Source of the DNA: an uncultured Melioribacter sp.
Lineage (GTDB): Bacteria > Bacteroidota > Ignavibacteria > Kapaibacteriales > Kapaibacteriaceae
DNA: 64,000 nucleotides
Assembly: GCA_964432155.1 (NCBI GenBank)
Contig: CAYSMF010000012.1
Coordinates: forward strand, 2,758 to 66,757
Direction: 5' to 3'
Of this stretch, positions 38,623 to 48,422 are shown piece by piece (position 1 is the first letter of the stretch; each line of letters begins with the position of its first letter). Under the pieces are notes generated by a model. It worked only from the letters and a program-made list of their open reading frames with translations, was not told the DNA's origin and made no database searches. A program made the position numbers and the translations under genes.

Positions 38623-39644
38623 TCCGTCTGGTACTGGCTGCGATCGCTGTGATCTGCGTTGGTTGCGCGGAGCAACAGGTCGAGCCATTACCTGATCTGT
38701 ATCCTACCGTTCCATCAAACCTTCCTCCGGTGCCGGTGCCATCGGATAATCCAATCACGCCAGCAAAGGTCGAACTTGGTAAGGCGCTGTTCTATGAGCC
38801 TCGGCTCAGCAGTGATGGGACCATTGCATGCGCATCATGTCACCGCCCCGAGCGGTCCTTTGCCGATGCTCCCAATCAAGTAAGCCGTGGAGTAGGGGGC
38901 GCACTTGGTCAGCGCAACGCGCCAACGCTGATCAACGTTGCCTACCGCCGATCATACTTCTGGGATGGACGAGCCACAACGCTTGAGGATCAGGCAACGA
39001 GTGCATTTATGCACTCAACAGAGATGGATGCCGACACGTTAGCTGTTGCATCATTGCTTCGTTCTCCGACGTATCGCGATCAGTGGATTGCTGCCTTCGG
39101 TGATACGCTCGTGACGATGCGTCGTGCCATGCAGGCCATTGCAACCTTCGAGCGCACGATTGTAAGTGCGAACAGCCCGTACGATAAGTACGTGCGTGGA
39201 GATCGTACAGCCCTCTCACAACTTGAGCGCGAGGGCATGGATCTGTTCTTCAGTTCCCGCACAATGTGTGGCGCATGTCATGGCGGACCCGACTTTACGA
39301 ATGATCAGTTTCAGAACATCGGCCTCTTCCATCATTACTTCGATCGCGGACGCTTTAACGTCACACGCGAGCCACGTGATGAGGGATTGTTCAAGACCCC
39401 TACGTTGCGCAACGTTGCACTCACTGCGCCCTACATGGCAACGGGTGACAGTCAAACGGGGCTTATGTCGACCCTTGAAGATGTCGTAGAGCACTACAAT
39501 CTTGGCGGAACAGCATTCCCGAATAAGGATAAGCGCGTGCGGCCACTCAATCTCACGGACCGCGAGAAGAGCGCGCTTGTTGCATTTATGCGAGCGCTCA
39601 CAGATTCCTCCGTTCTCACCAATCCAGCATGGATACAACGCTAG
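38619..39644 (+). CDS. di-haem cytochrome c peroxidase (CCP/MauG family)
   Basis: Two CxxCH motifs (CASCH and CGACHGG) and a conserved PTLRNVALTAPYM region. Confidence 0.85.
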   Translation: MIRLVLAAIAVICVGCAEQQVEPLPDLYPTVPSNLPPVPVPSDNPITPAKVELGKALFYEPRLSSDGTIACASCHRPERSFADAPNQVSRGVGGALGQRNAPTLINVAYRRSYFWDGRATTLEDQATSAFMHSTEMDADTLAVASLLRSPTYRDQWIAAFGDTLVTMRRAMQAIATFERTIVSANSPYDKYVRGDRTALSQLEREGMDLFFSSRTMCGACHGGPDFTNDQFQNIGLFHHYFDRGRFNVTREPRDEGLFKTPTLRNVALTAPYMATGDSQTGLMSTLEDVVEHYNLGGTAFPNKDKRVRPLNLTDREKSALVAFMRALTDSSVLTNPAWIQR

Positions 39645-40375
39645 GATCTCACATCAGCGACGTTGCACTTCCACATGCAGCAGACGTTGATACCGTGATT
39701 GTGTCCGATCTCCATCTGGGATCGGCGATGTCGCGAGCTAAGGCCTTGACCGACATGCTTCGTGCGTTAACGTACAAGCGTCTCATCCTTAACGGCGATG
39801 TCTTCGACGATCTCAATTTCAAACGACTGTCCCGCGATGATTGGGAGTTTCTCTCCTTCATTCGTGCCTCAACAAATGAGCGACTCGCTCATGAACTCGT
39901 GTGGGTGATTGGGAATCACGATGGTGGTGCGCCTGAGATCCTCTCGCACCTGCTTGGTATTCACATCCATGAAGAATACGTCTGGGAACATGCCGGACGT
40001 CGGTATCTGGCTGTGCACGGACATCAATTCGACGCGTTTGTGTCTGAGCACTCACGTGTGGTCGACATTGCGATTTGGGCTTATTCTGTGTGGCAGAAGT
40101 TCGACCCAAAGCACCGTGCATCGCGGCTTGTGAAGCAGGCGAGCCGACAGAGCAAGCGCTGGATGCGACGTAGCGACAAAGTCGCTAACGAGGCTTCTGC
40201 ACACGGTAAGTCTACCTACGGTGCTGATGTCGTCACGTGCGGACACACGCATCATCCCATGGATGTGATGATACATGGCGTGCGTTACCTTAACTCAGGA
40301 TCGTGGACCGATGTGCCATCAACGTACATCATCATTGAACATGATGGTACGATGGCAATTCACTCCTGTCCCTGA
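39629..40375 (+). CDS. LpxH-like metallophosphoesterase (UDP-2,3-diacylglucosamine diphosphatase family)
   Basis: Calcineurin-like motifs in LpxH order: VSDLHLG, LNGDVFDD, GNHD, HGH, GHTHHP. Confidence 0.55.
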   Translation: MDTTLGSHISDVALPHAADVDTVIVSDLHLGSAMSRAKALTDMLRALTYKRLILNGDVFDDLNFKRLSRDDWEFLSFIRASTNERLAHELVWVIGNHDGGAPEILSHLLGIHIHEEYVWEHAGRRYLAVHGHQFDAFVSEHSRVVDIAIWAYSVWQKFDPKHRASRLVKQASRQSKRWMRRSDKVANEASAHGKSTYGADVVTCGHTHHPMDVMIHGVRYLNSGSWTDVPSTYIIIEHDGTMAIHSCP

Positions 40376-40391
40376 CTACTCGCGAGTTTGA

Positions 40392-43300
40392 TTACCCGTT
40401 GTAGGTCGTTGCGCCACTGAGTCCGTGACAGGACTTAAACTTCTTACCCGATCCACACGGACATGGTTCGTTGCGACCAACCTCACGTCCACTCTTGTGC
40501 ACAGTGTGCGCCTGGGCATGCTCAGACGCTGCTACGGCGTTCGGATCCGCGCCAAGTGTGGTGCTCGCACTCGGATGTGAAAACTGCAGCGGACGAGACG
40601 TGCTGACCGTAGAACGGAGCTGCGGAAGTGTCGCAGTTGCCGTTGCCTCACGCTGTTGCTGCGCAGCCTGCTGCTGCGCCTGCTCGGCGCGTTGCTGCTG
40701 CTGGCGTTGCTGCTCTGTGATTTGCGGATAGTACTTGAAGGCAAATGATACGGTAGCCTTGTTGATCTGTGAGATCAGCTCAAGGAATACCTTGTATGCT
40801 TCTTGCTTGTACTCGAGAATTGGATCTTTCTGTCCGTAAGCGCGGAGGTAGATACCTTCCTTGAGATCATCCATGCTACGCAGGTGATCGCGCCATTCGT
40901 CGTCGATTGCACGAAGCGCGGCTACGCGCTCGAGGGCACCCATGAAATCTGGGCCAAGCATCGACTCCTTGCGGTCGTAATACTCTTCTGCGGCATCAAC
41001 AATACGCTGAACGACGTCCTCGCGTTTGAGCGAAGCGAACTCGTTTTGCGACATGTCCACATCGCACAGCATGTTTACACGAACTTCATTGCGCAGTGCT
41101 TCAACGTCGCCACTGCTGTGGTGCTCGTCGTACCAGCCTTCTGCTAGCTCGCGCACATACTCCAGGATTTCGCTACGCAAACGCTCGCCCATCAGCGCGT
41201 GACGTCGACGATCGTAGATCACTTCGCGCTGCTGGTTCATCACGTTGTCGTACTCCAGCAAGCGCTTACGAATACCAAAGTTGTTCGATTCAACCTTCTT
41301 CTGCGCGTTCTCGACGCTCTTCGTAACAAGGCCACTTTCGATTGGCTCGCCATCAGGCACCTTCAGGCGCTGCATGACTGCTGCGATGCGCTCACCACCA
41401 AAGAGGCGCATCAAGTCGTCTTCGAGTGAGATGAAGAACTGCGACGATCCTGGATCGCCTTGACGTCCCGCACGACCACGCAACTGGCGATCGATACGGC
41501 GTGCTTCGTGGCGCTCTGTACCAATGATGGCCAAACCGCCAGCTTCGCGTACATCTGGGTCCAACTTGATGTCAGTACCACGACCAGCCATGTTCGTTGC
41601 GATCATTACCGCACCACGACGACCGGCATTAGCGACAATTTCAGCTTCGCGCTGGTGCTGCTTTGCGTTCAACACGTTGTGATTGACGTTTGCACGCTTG
41701 AGCATCTTTGAGAGAAGCTCAGATACTTCAACGCTTGTTGTACCAACAAGTACTGCGCGTCCCTTGGCAAGTTCTTCCTGAACAGCGATGACAACGGCAT
41801 TGTACTTCTCGCGCTTCGTGCGGAAGATCTTGTCGTCCATGTCCTTGCGCTGGATCCCACGGTTGGTTGGAATCACCACAACGTCAAGCTCATAGATCTG
41901 CCAGAACTCACCAGCTTCGGTTTCGGCAGTACCCGTCATACCAGCAAGCTTGTGGTAGAGACGGAAGTAGTTCTGCAACGTTACCGTGGCAAAGGTCTGT
42001 GTGTCCTGTTCAACAAACACACCTTCTTTAGCTTCAATAGCTTGATGGAGTCCGTCGGAATAACGACGTCCCTCGAGAATACGGCCGGTGAATTCGTCGA
42101 CGATCTTGATCTTGCCATCAGCAACCACGTATTCGTCATCACGCACATACAGCGTATAGGCGCGAAGCAACTGGTTGATGATGTGGATGCGATCGGAGCG
42201 ATCGGAGAACACGCGCATGAACTCATCGCGACGGATCGTCTTTTCTTCCGCCGACAGGGATGCGTCACCTTCCAGTGCGCTCATCTGCGATGCGATGTCT
42301 GGAATGACAAACATCTCAGGGTCTTCTTGCGATGTGCTCAGCAACTCGCGACCCATGTCGGAGATGTCAATCTGATGGTTCTTCTCGTCGACAGTGAAGT
42401 ACAGTTCGTTGTCGATGATCGACATGCGCTGACCCTGGTCCTTGAGATATTCAAGTTCCGTGTCGCGCATCAGCTTGAGCGTATCTGGATCCTGCAGCAT
42501 CTTGAGCAGCTTGCTCTGCTTTGGCATACCGCGGTAGGCACGCAGGATATTTACGCCAGCGGCTACGCGATCTTCCTTGAATCCAGTTGCAAGGAGCTTC
42601 TCTGCCTCGGCAACGATGCTGTTGACAAGGCGTGCTTGTGCATCGACCAGTCGCTGCACACGCGGCTTCATCTCAACAAAGGCTTGCTCTGTAGAACCGG
42701 CAGTAACCGGACCCGAAATGATCAGCGGAGTACGTGCTTCGTCGATAAGCACCGAGTCAACTTCGTCGACGATCGCAAACCAGTGGCCACGCTGCACCAT
42801 GTCGATGGCGTCGGTCACCATGTTATCGCGTAGGTAATCGAAACCGAATTCGTTGTTCGTGCCCCACGTGATATCGGATGCGTATTGCTCGTGACGTTGA
42901 TCCGGGCGCATCTCCGACTGAATACAGCCCGTCGAAACACCGAGGAAATCGAAGATCGGACGCATCCACTCGCGGTCACGTCGTGCGAGGTAGTCGTTGA
43001 CCGTCACCAAGTGCACGCCACGTCCAGCAAGGGCATTGAGATACAAGGGGAGAGTCGACACAAGCGTCTTACCTTCACCCGTGCTCATCTCAGCGATCTT
43101 ACCCTGGTGCAACACAATGCCACCAATCAGCTGAACATCGTACGGAACCATGTCCCATGTATGCTCGGTGCCGACAACCATGTACTTGTGTCCAACGAGA
43201 CGACGACACGCATCCTTCACTGCAGCAAATGCTTCAGGAAGAAGTTGGTTCAACGTCGCTTGAATCGTTTCGAACTGCTCGCGCTCGTTTGCAGTGATTC

Positions 43301-43565
43301 GCGCATAGAGATCTGAGCGTTCAGCATGCTCCATTTCGGCGTCCGTGCGAAGGCGCTCGCGAATGGCTTCGACTTCGGCCACAAGATCCTTCACGGACTC
43401 TTGGATGCGCTCGCGAAACTCAACGGTTTTGGCCCGCAGCTCGTCGTCGGTCAGTGACGCGTACGACGCAAAATGCTCGTTGATTTCATCAACGATTGGA
43501 CGGAGGGCCTTCACGTCCTTTTCGTGCTTCGAGCCACCAAGGACAGACTGTAGAAACTTGAGCAT
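40392..43565 (-). CDS. secA: preprotein translocase subunit SecA
   Basis: 1057 aa ORF with DEAD motor motifs (GEGKT, DEVDSVLIDEARTPLIISG), the Gln-rich linker and the C-terminal zinc-binding CPCGSGKKFKSCHG. Confidence 0.95.
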   Translation of the reverse strand: MLKFLQSVLGGSKHEKDVKALRPIVDEINEHFASYASLTDDELRAKTVEFRERIQESVKDLVAEVEAIRERLRTDAEMEHAERSDLYARITANEREQFETIQATLNQLLPEAFAAVKDACRRLVGHKYMVVGTEHTWDMVPYDVQLIGGIVLHQGKIAEMSTGEGKTLVSTLPLYLNALAGRGVHLVTVNDYLARRDREWMRPIFDFLGVSTGCIQSEMRPDQRHEQYASDITWGTNNEFGFDYLRDNMVTDAIDMVQRGHWFAIVDEVDSVLIDEARTPLIISGPVTAGSTEQAFVEMKPRVQRLVDAQARLVNSIVAEAEKLLATGFKEDRVAAGVNILRAYRGMPKQSKLLKMLQDPDTLKLMRDTELEYLKDQGQRMSIIDNELYFTVDEKNHQIDISDMGRELLSTSQEDPEMFVIPDIASQMSALEGDASLSAEEKTIRRDEFMRVFSDRSDRIHIINQLLRAYTLYVRDDEYVVADGKIKIVDEFTGRILEGRRYSDGLHQAIEAKEGVFVEQDTQTFATVTLQNYFRLYHKLAGMTGTAETEAGEFWQIYELDVVVIPTNRGIQRKDMDDKIFRTKREKYNAVVIAVQEELAKGRAVLVGTTSVEVSELLSKMLKRANVNHNVLNAKQHQREAEIVANAGRRGAVMIATNMAGRGTDIKLDPDVREAGGLAIIGTERHEARRIDRQLRGRAGRQGDPGSSQFFISLEDDLMRLFGGERIAAVMQRLKVPDGEPIESGLVTKSVENAQKKVESNNFGIRKRLLEYDNVMNQQREVIYDRRRHALMGERLRSEILEYVRELAEGWYDEHHSSGDVEALRNEVRVNMLCDVDMSQNEFASLKREDVVQRIVDAAEEYYDRKESMLGPDFMGALERVAALRAIDDEWRDHLRSMDDLKEGIYLRAYGQKDPILEYKQEAYKVFLELISQINKATVSFAFKYYPQITEQQRQQQQRAEQAQQQAAQQQREATATATLPQLRSTVSTSRPLQFSHPSASTTLGADPNAVAASEHAQAHTVHKSGREVGRNEPCPCGSGKKFKSCHGLSGATTYNG

Positions 43566-43656
43566 GATCGTATGGAGTAGTGAACGTCAGCGGGCGGGGA
43601 CGGATGTCGGGGCGGTTTGGTGCCACGGTACCGTCTAAGCCTGCAAAAATACTCTG

Positions 43657-43664
43657 TAACTTCG
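43657..43664 (+). promoter_or_regulatory. candidate imperfect -7 element TAACTTCG upstream of the small ORF and iscS
   Basis: One mismatch to TAnnTTTG, 38 nt before the ATG at 43703. It sits inside a 20-nt motif shared with 56200-56215. Confidence 0.2.
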
Positions 43665-43702
43665 TGGCACCCCAATCCGATCTTGTCAATCACGAGTCCC
43701 GT

Positions 43703-43963
43703 ATGAGCGAAATCGCCTCCGACCTGAGAATCTACTCGCCAGAACACCTGATCGAACAGGCAAAAACAGCACGCGAGCACCTGGGCTACAAGCTTGTTGA
43801 GTTCTACGTGGACGACGAGGGCTTGCTGGCGAAAGGCATCACAGCCACCGTTGCCCAGTTCTATCTATCGCCCTCAGGGGGAACGCTGCGGGATGCCGAC
43901 CTCAACATCGTGCTCTACAGCGCGAAGTTTGATTTGTACAAGGGATATGGACGGGCAACGTGA
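43703..43963 (+). CDS. hypothetical small protein (86 aa) translationally coupled to iscS
   Basis: An internal-Met start gives MSEIASDLRIYSPEHL... Its stop overlaps the iscS start by 4 nt. No recognisable motif. Confidence 0.35.
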   Translation: MSEIASDLRIYSPEHLIEQAKTAREHLGYKLVEFYVDDEGLLAKGITATVAQFYLSPSGGTLRDADLNIVLYSAKFDLYKGYGRAT

Positions 43964-45096
43964 TCTACCTCGACAATAGTGCGACGACGTCTCTCGATGA
44001 AGCAGTCCTCGAGGAGATGCTCCCGTGGATGCGTGAGGAATACGGAAATGCGTCGAGCATCTACGCACTCGGACGTCGCGCCCGCGTTGCCGTCGAGCGG
44101 GCACGTTCGGAAGTTGCGAGTCTGATCAACGCGCATCCTGCGGAGATCACCTTCACGAGCGGGGGAACGGAATCGAACAACAGCATTCTGATAAGTGCCT
44201 GTCGTGCATCTGCCTTGGCCGATCGTGTGGTTGTTGGCAGTATCGAGCATCATGCAGTGCTTGCCCCCTCTGAAGAGCTTGCACATCAAGGGTTTGCACA
44301 CCACGTGCTTCCGGTTGATGGTGAGGGGCGCTACCGAGCAGATGATGTGGCTGCGTTCAATGATGCACGCACCATCATTTCACTGATGCATGCAAACAAC
44401 GAGACGGGTGCAATTCAGCCGCTTGCGAGCATTCGTGCCGCCGCACCCGATGCGCTCGTACATACAGATGCCGTGCAGACACTGGGGAAGATCCCCTTCG
44501 ATGTACAACATCTTGGGGTGGACTTTGCCAGCTTCTCAGCGCATAAGATTCACGGACCCAAGGGGGTGGGCGCGATGTTTATCCGAAAGGGGATCGACTT
44601 CAAGGCCCATCAAGTAGGGGGCGGACAAGAACGCAACCGACGTGCGGGCACCGAACCGGTCGCCCTAATTGTTGGCTTTGCTGCTGCACTACGCAAGAGC
44701 ATTGCAGCACTGGAGCAGAGTGCTGAACACATGCGATCGCTGATTGCGGAGGCGCGCTCGGCAATCCTTACATCAATTCCTGACGTACGCATCAACACGC
44801 CCGACCACGACGCGCTACCAAACATCCTGAATGTGTCCTTCAAGGATGCCGACCGGCTTGATGGTGAGTCGATCCTTCAGCTGATGGACATGCGCGGCAT
44901 CGCTGTCTCCAACGGTAGTGCATGCGTCTCGGGAAGCCTCCAACCATCACACGTCCTATTGGCAATGGGGCGCTCTTCGGCCGAATCGAAGGCGGCCGTG
45001 CGTATCTCCGTGTCGCGCTATTCGACGCGTCAGGACATCGCCACGGCGGTCGAGACATTGGCAATAATCCTTCAAGACTTGCGTGGAATAGGATGA
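43960..45096 (+). CDS. iscS: cysteine desulfurase (class V aminotransferase, IscS/NifS-like)
   Basis: MIYLDNSATT, a PLP-lysine region (SFSAHKIHGPKGVGA) and the catalytic Cys loop (SNGSACVSGS). Confidence 0.85.
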   Translation: MIYLDNSATTSLDEAVLEEMLPWMREEYGNASSIYALGRRARVAVERARSEVASLINAHPAEITFTSGGTESNNSILISACRASALADRVVVGSIEHHAVLAPSEELAHQGFAHHVLPVDGEGRYRADDVAAFNDARTIISLMHANNETGAIQPLASIRAAAPDALVHTDAVQTLGKIPFDVQHLGVDFASFSAHKIHGPKGVGAMFIRKGIDFKAHQVGGGQERNRRAGTEPVALIVGFAAALRKSIAALEQSAEHMRSLIAEARSAILTSIPDVRINTPDHDALPNILNVSFKDADRLDGESILQLMDMRGIAVSNGSACVSGSLQPSHVLLAMGRSSAESKAAVRISVSRYSTRQDIATAVETLAIILQDLRGIG

Positions 45097-45148
45097 ACAG
45101 CTATATTGCGTGTTATAACACACAATTCATTTTTCACGAAGGACTGAC

Positions 45149-45796
45149 ATGCGCACATTCATTGCATCAGTGATGGCATTTACAGCGGCTACAATGCTGC
45201 TCACAGCGGGCACAGGTATTCCTGGCGCTCAAGCTGGCACGAAGAAATACACGCTCAACAATGCGGTCGGAAAGAACGGCATCGAGTTCCTCTCGAAGGC
45301 ACCGATGGAAGACATCAACGGCACATCGGATGGTGTAACGGGTGCGTTCAACCTCGACCCAGCCAATCTCGAAGCAACAACAGGCAAGATCGAAGTCAAA
45401 GTGCTTTCGATGAAGACAGCGAACTCGAAGCGCGACGAGCACATGTACGACGCGATGTGGCTCGATGCAGAAAAGTACCCAACGATCGTGTTCGATGTCA
45501 CAGGCCTGAAGGATATCAAGGTATCCAAGGACGGTGGCAAGAACGTTGTTACTGCAACAGCAGTTGGCAACTTCTCATGCCACGGCGTTACAAAGTCGTC
45601 GACAGCAGCAATCACGCTCACGTTCATCCCAGAATCAGCAGAGACAAAGAAGCGTGCTTCTGGCAACCTGGTGATGATCGATGCTAAGTTCAACGTAGCC
45701 CTTGCAGACCACAAGGTTACTGGCAAGGCTGGCGTCGTGGGCAAGAGCGTTGGTGAAGTGATCGCTATCACAGCTAAGCTGTTCGCGAACTCTTAA
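45149..45796 (+). CDS. YceI family protein (periplasmic polyisoprenoid-binding)
   Basis: Signal peptide plus the YceI-like 8-strand barrel pattern (..FDVTG..; ..GNFSCHGVTK..). Confidence 0.7.
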   Translation: MRTFIASVMAFTAATMLLTAGTGIPGAQAGTKKYTLNNAVGKNGIEFLSKAPMEDINGTSDGVTGAFNLDPANLEATTGKIEVKVLSMKTANSKRDEHMYDAMWLDAEKYPTIVFDVTGLKDIKVSKDGGKNVVTATAVGNFSCHGVTKSSTAAITLTFIPESAETKKRASGNLVMIDAKFNVALADHKVTGKAGVVGKSVGEVIAITAKLFANS

Positions 45797-45817
45797 TAAC
45801 CTGGACGATGTTCTACC

Positions 45818-45853
45818 GGGGTTGGTGGCTTGCCACCAACCCCGTTGTATTTT
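45818..45853 (+). terminator. rho-independent terminator after the yceI gene
   Basis: 11-bp perfect stem ggggttggtgg-cttg-ccaccaacccc followed by gttgtatttt. Confidence 0.7.
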
Positions 45854-45878
45854 ACGGCATCACTTGTAAGGTACCCCG

Positions 45879-48329
45879 ATGACTCGTCTGCTTCTTCAAT
45901 TGCTGCTTCCCGTCATCCTCGTGCTCGGCACTACATCGATGCGTGCTGATAGCAATGGCAAAATTGGATCCTTCGCCGCAGGATGTGGTACATGTCACGG
46001 CGGGGTCAATCAAGGCACGTCGGCCGTGCTCGAGGGTCCGCGTACCATTCGTGCGGGACAGCAGGGCAACTACACATTTGTGGTTGGCCACGCCAATCCT
46101 GCAAACCAGGACGCCGGGTTCAATCTCTCGTTTCGCGACGGAGGTGCAGCCGCTGGAGTGCTTACGGCTGGAAATGGTTCACAGGTGATCAACGGGGAGC
46201 TGACGCATACCGGACCGAAAGCGATGGTGAATACCACGGCACGGTTTGATTTCAAATGGACTGCTCCCGCGCAACATGGTGTGTATCAATTCAATGGTGC
46301 AGGCAACGCTGTAAACCTTGATGGTATTGCAACAGGTGCCGACTTCTGGAATGTGACAGGCAGTATCAATATCACGGTCTCTGGTGCGAACTTCACGGCA
46401 CCGTCAAGTGGTGTTTCGATTTGTCGCGGACAGACGCTAAATCTTGCATGGGATCAGACAGGGCTCGATCAGGTTCGAATCGAATGGTCGAACGACAACT
46501 TTGCGAAGACGGATGTGATTGCGACCAGTATCGCAGCTAGTGCAGAAGCGCTGGCATATACAGTGCCCGCCAACCAACCTGCCGGCAATTACGTTGTCCG
46601 CATGGTTGATCCAGCCACCGGCGGCGAGATCACACGCACAATGGTCCCAATAACGATCGTGGCCGGACCAGTGATCGTGCTGGAGCCAGAACCAACACTT
46701 GTGTGTGAAGGCAAGGCATTGACACTTACCGTTGGTGCCGACGGAACAGATCTACAGTATCGCTGGCGTCGCGACGGCGTTGATATCCCCGGTGGTACAC
46801 AACCAGTACTCGAAATCAAGAAACTCTCTGCGCAAGAGGGTGGTGTGTATGACTGTGTGATCTACGGATGCGGAGGGAACACAACATCGAAGAGCGTTCT
46901 TGTTACCGTTGGAGCGTCGCCGGTGATTACAACCCAACCTGTTGCTGTAAGTGGATGCGAAGGTGAGACGGTATCGTTCACGATGGATGCGACGGGAACG
47001 AACATTACGTTCCAGTGGATGAAGAACGGCGAGCCAATCCCTAACGCCACTGGAAAGCAGCTCGTACTGTCCAAGATCACGCTCTTCGATGAGTCGACCT
47101 ACAGCTGCGTTGTCGAAGGGGCATGCACTCCTTCAGCTACAACAAATGGTGTAAAGCTCAATATCGTCGAGCGACCACAGATTCGCACCCAACCCGTTGA
47201 TCGCTCATACCGAGTTGGCGATACGCTTATGCTCACTTTCGATGCGTTTGGTGAAGAGCTCACGTATCAATGGTTCCGCCAAGGAACTGCAGTGCCCGGC
47301 GCAACACAGCGTCTGTATCGGAAGCTACCAGTGACGAAGGCCGACTCAGGTACGTGGGTGTGCAAGGTGATGAATCGCTGCGATACAATTGAGACGCGCA
47401 CGGTCCAAGTCGTGGTCACATCGAATTCTGGTCCAGGTAAGCTTGCACTTACCTCTAACGAGTTGAACCTTCCGAATGTCCCAGCATGTGCAGAGATCGA
47501 TACGATGATCACTGATCTGCTGGTGAATGAAGGAGGCGCACCTGTTACGATCACGTCAGTCTCCGCCGACCCCGCATCGACGGTAATTGTTCGTGGCTTT
47601 GTCACACCTATGACGCTACAAGAGAACGCCCGCTACAGTGTTTTACTCAGTATCACACCACGCGTTGTTGGACCATTCACGGCAACAGTGACATTCTTTA
47701 CAGCTGTAGGTTCATTGACGTACACGATTCGTGGCGAGGCGGTGCCAAGCCTTCAGTTCGCAAAGGATACCATTCGCTTCACACGGGGCGTTACTGGTGA
47801 GCAACTCTGCAATGTGACGCTTCCGCTTGGTTGTCCGGAGACTGTTGTTTCGCGTGTACGCCTGACTGGACTCGGGTCAACCAGCTACACGCTTCGTGCA
47901 CTCGATCAGCCACTACCATACACTCTCGAGCGCAATGGCATCATGAATGTCTGCATTGAGACGTCGGCACCCGACGGACCCGATGCGTTGCTCTCTGTGG
48001 AGACAGAGCACGGAACAGCGCAGTACGTTGTTACACGTAATCCTGTGACGGGTGTTGAGGACGATGAGCAGCACGTTGCTGGAATGGTGAAGGTTCGCGT
48101 TGTGCCGAACCCAATGACAGACGAGCTTCGCATCACATCGACGAACCCTGCAACGATGAACATCCGCATTGTTGATGTCACCGGCACTACGGTCACCACG
48201 CTCCGCGGTCAGTCGGAAGTTGTGTGGGATCGCCGTAATCGCGGTGGCGCAATCGTTCCAGCTGGACTGTATGTGGTGATCATCGACCACAACAATCAGC
48301 AACGCGTCGAGAAAGTCCTCGTGCGATAA
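45879..48329 (+). CDS. T9SS-sorted surface protein with N-terminal CxxCH domain and multiple Ig-like repeats
   Basis: Signal peptide, then AAGCGTCHGG (CxxCH). At least four Ig-like repeats carry a Y.C....C pattern (GGVYDCVIYGCGG; STYSCVVEGAC; GTWVCKVMNRC). The C-terminal roughly 80 aa are T9SS CTD-like (..GLYVVIIDHNNQQRVEKVLVR). Confidence 0.6.
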   Translation: MTRLLLQLLLPVILVLGTTSMRADSNGKIGSFAAGCGTCHGGVNQGTSAVLEGPRTIRAGQQGNYTFVVGHANPANQDAGFNLSFRDGGAAAGVLTAGNGSQVINGELTHTGPKAMVNTTARFDFKWTAPAQHGVYQFNGAGNAVNLDGIATGADFWNVTGSINITVSGANFTAPSSGVSICRGQTLNLAWDQTGLDQVRIEWSNDNFAKTDVIATSIAASAEALAYTVPANQPAGNYVVRMVDPATGGEITRTMVPITIVAGPVIVLEPEPTLVCEGKALTLTVGADGTDLQYRWRRDGVDIPGGTQPVLEIKKLSAQEGGVYDCVIYGCGGNTTSKSVLVTVGASPVITTQPVAVSGCEGETVSFTMDATGTNITFQWMKNGEPIPNATGKQLVLSKITLFDESTYSCVVEGACTPSATTNGVKLNIVERPQIRTQPVDRSYRVGDTLMLTFDAFGEELTYQWFRQGTAVPGATQRLYRKLPVTKADSGTWVCKVMNRCDTIETRTVQVVVTSNSGPGKLALTSNELNLPNVPACAEIDTMITDLLVNEGGAPVTITSVSADPASTVIVRGFVTPMTLQENARYSVLLSITPRVVGPFTATVTFFTAVGSLTYTIRGEAVPSLQFAKDTIRFTRGVTGEQLCNVTLPLGCPETVVSRVRLTGLGSTSYTLRALDQPLPYTLERNGIMNVCIETSAPDGPDALLSVETEHGTAQYVVTRNPVTGVEDDEQHVAGMVKVRVVPNPMTDELRITSTNPATMNIRIVDVTGTTVTTLRGQSEVVWDRRNRGGAIVPAGLYVVIIDHNNQQRVEKVLVR

Positions 48330-48360
48330 CGCATCACTGATAACTGCATCAAACGACAAC

Positions 48361-48396
48361 GGCCTGGTATCGATGAACGATACCAGGCCGTTTTTG
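48361..48396. terminator. bidirectional rho-independent terminator between convergent Ig-protein gene and gdhA
   Basis: Hairpin ggcctggtatcg-atgaa-cgataccaggcc flanked by gtttttgtat downstream on the + strand. Confidence 0.7.
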
Positions 48397-48422
48397 TATG
48401 CGGAGATGTGTCAGTCGAAGTC

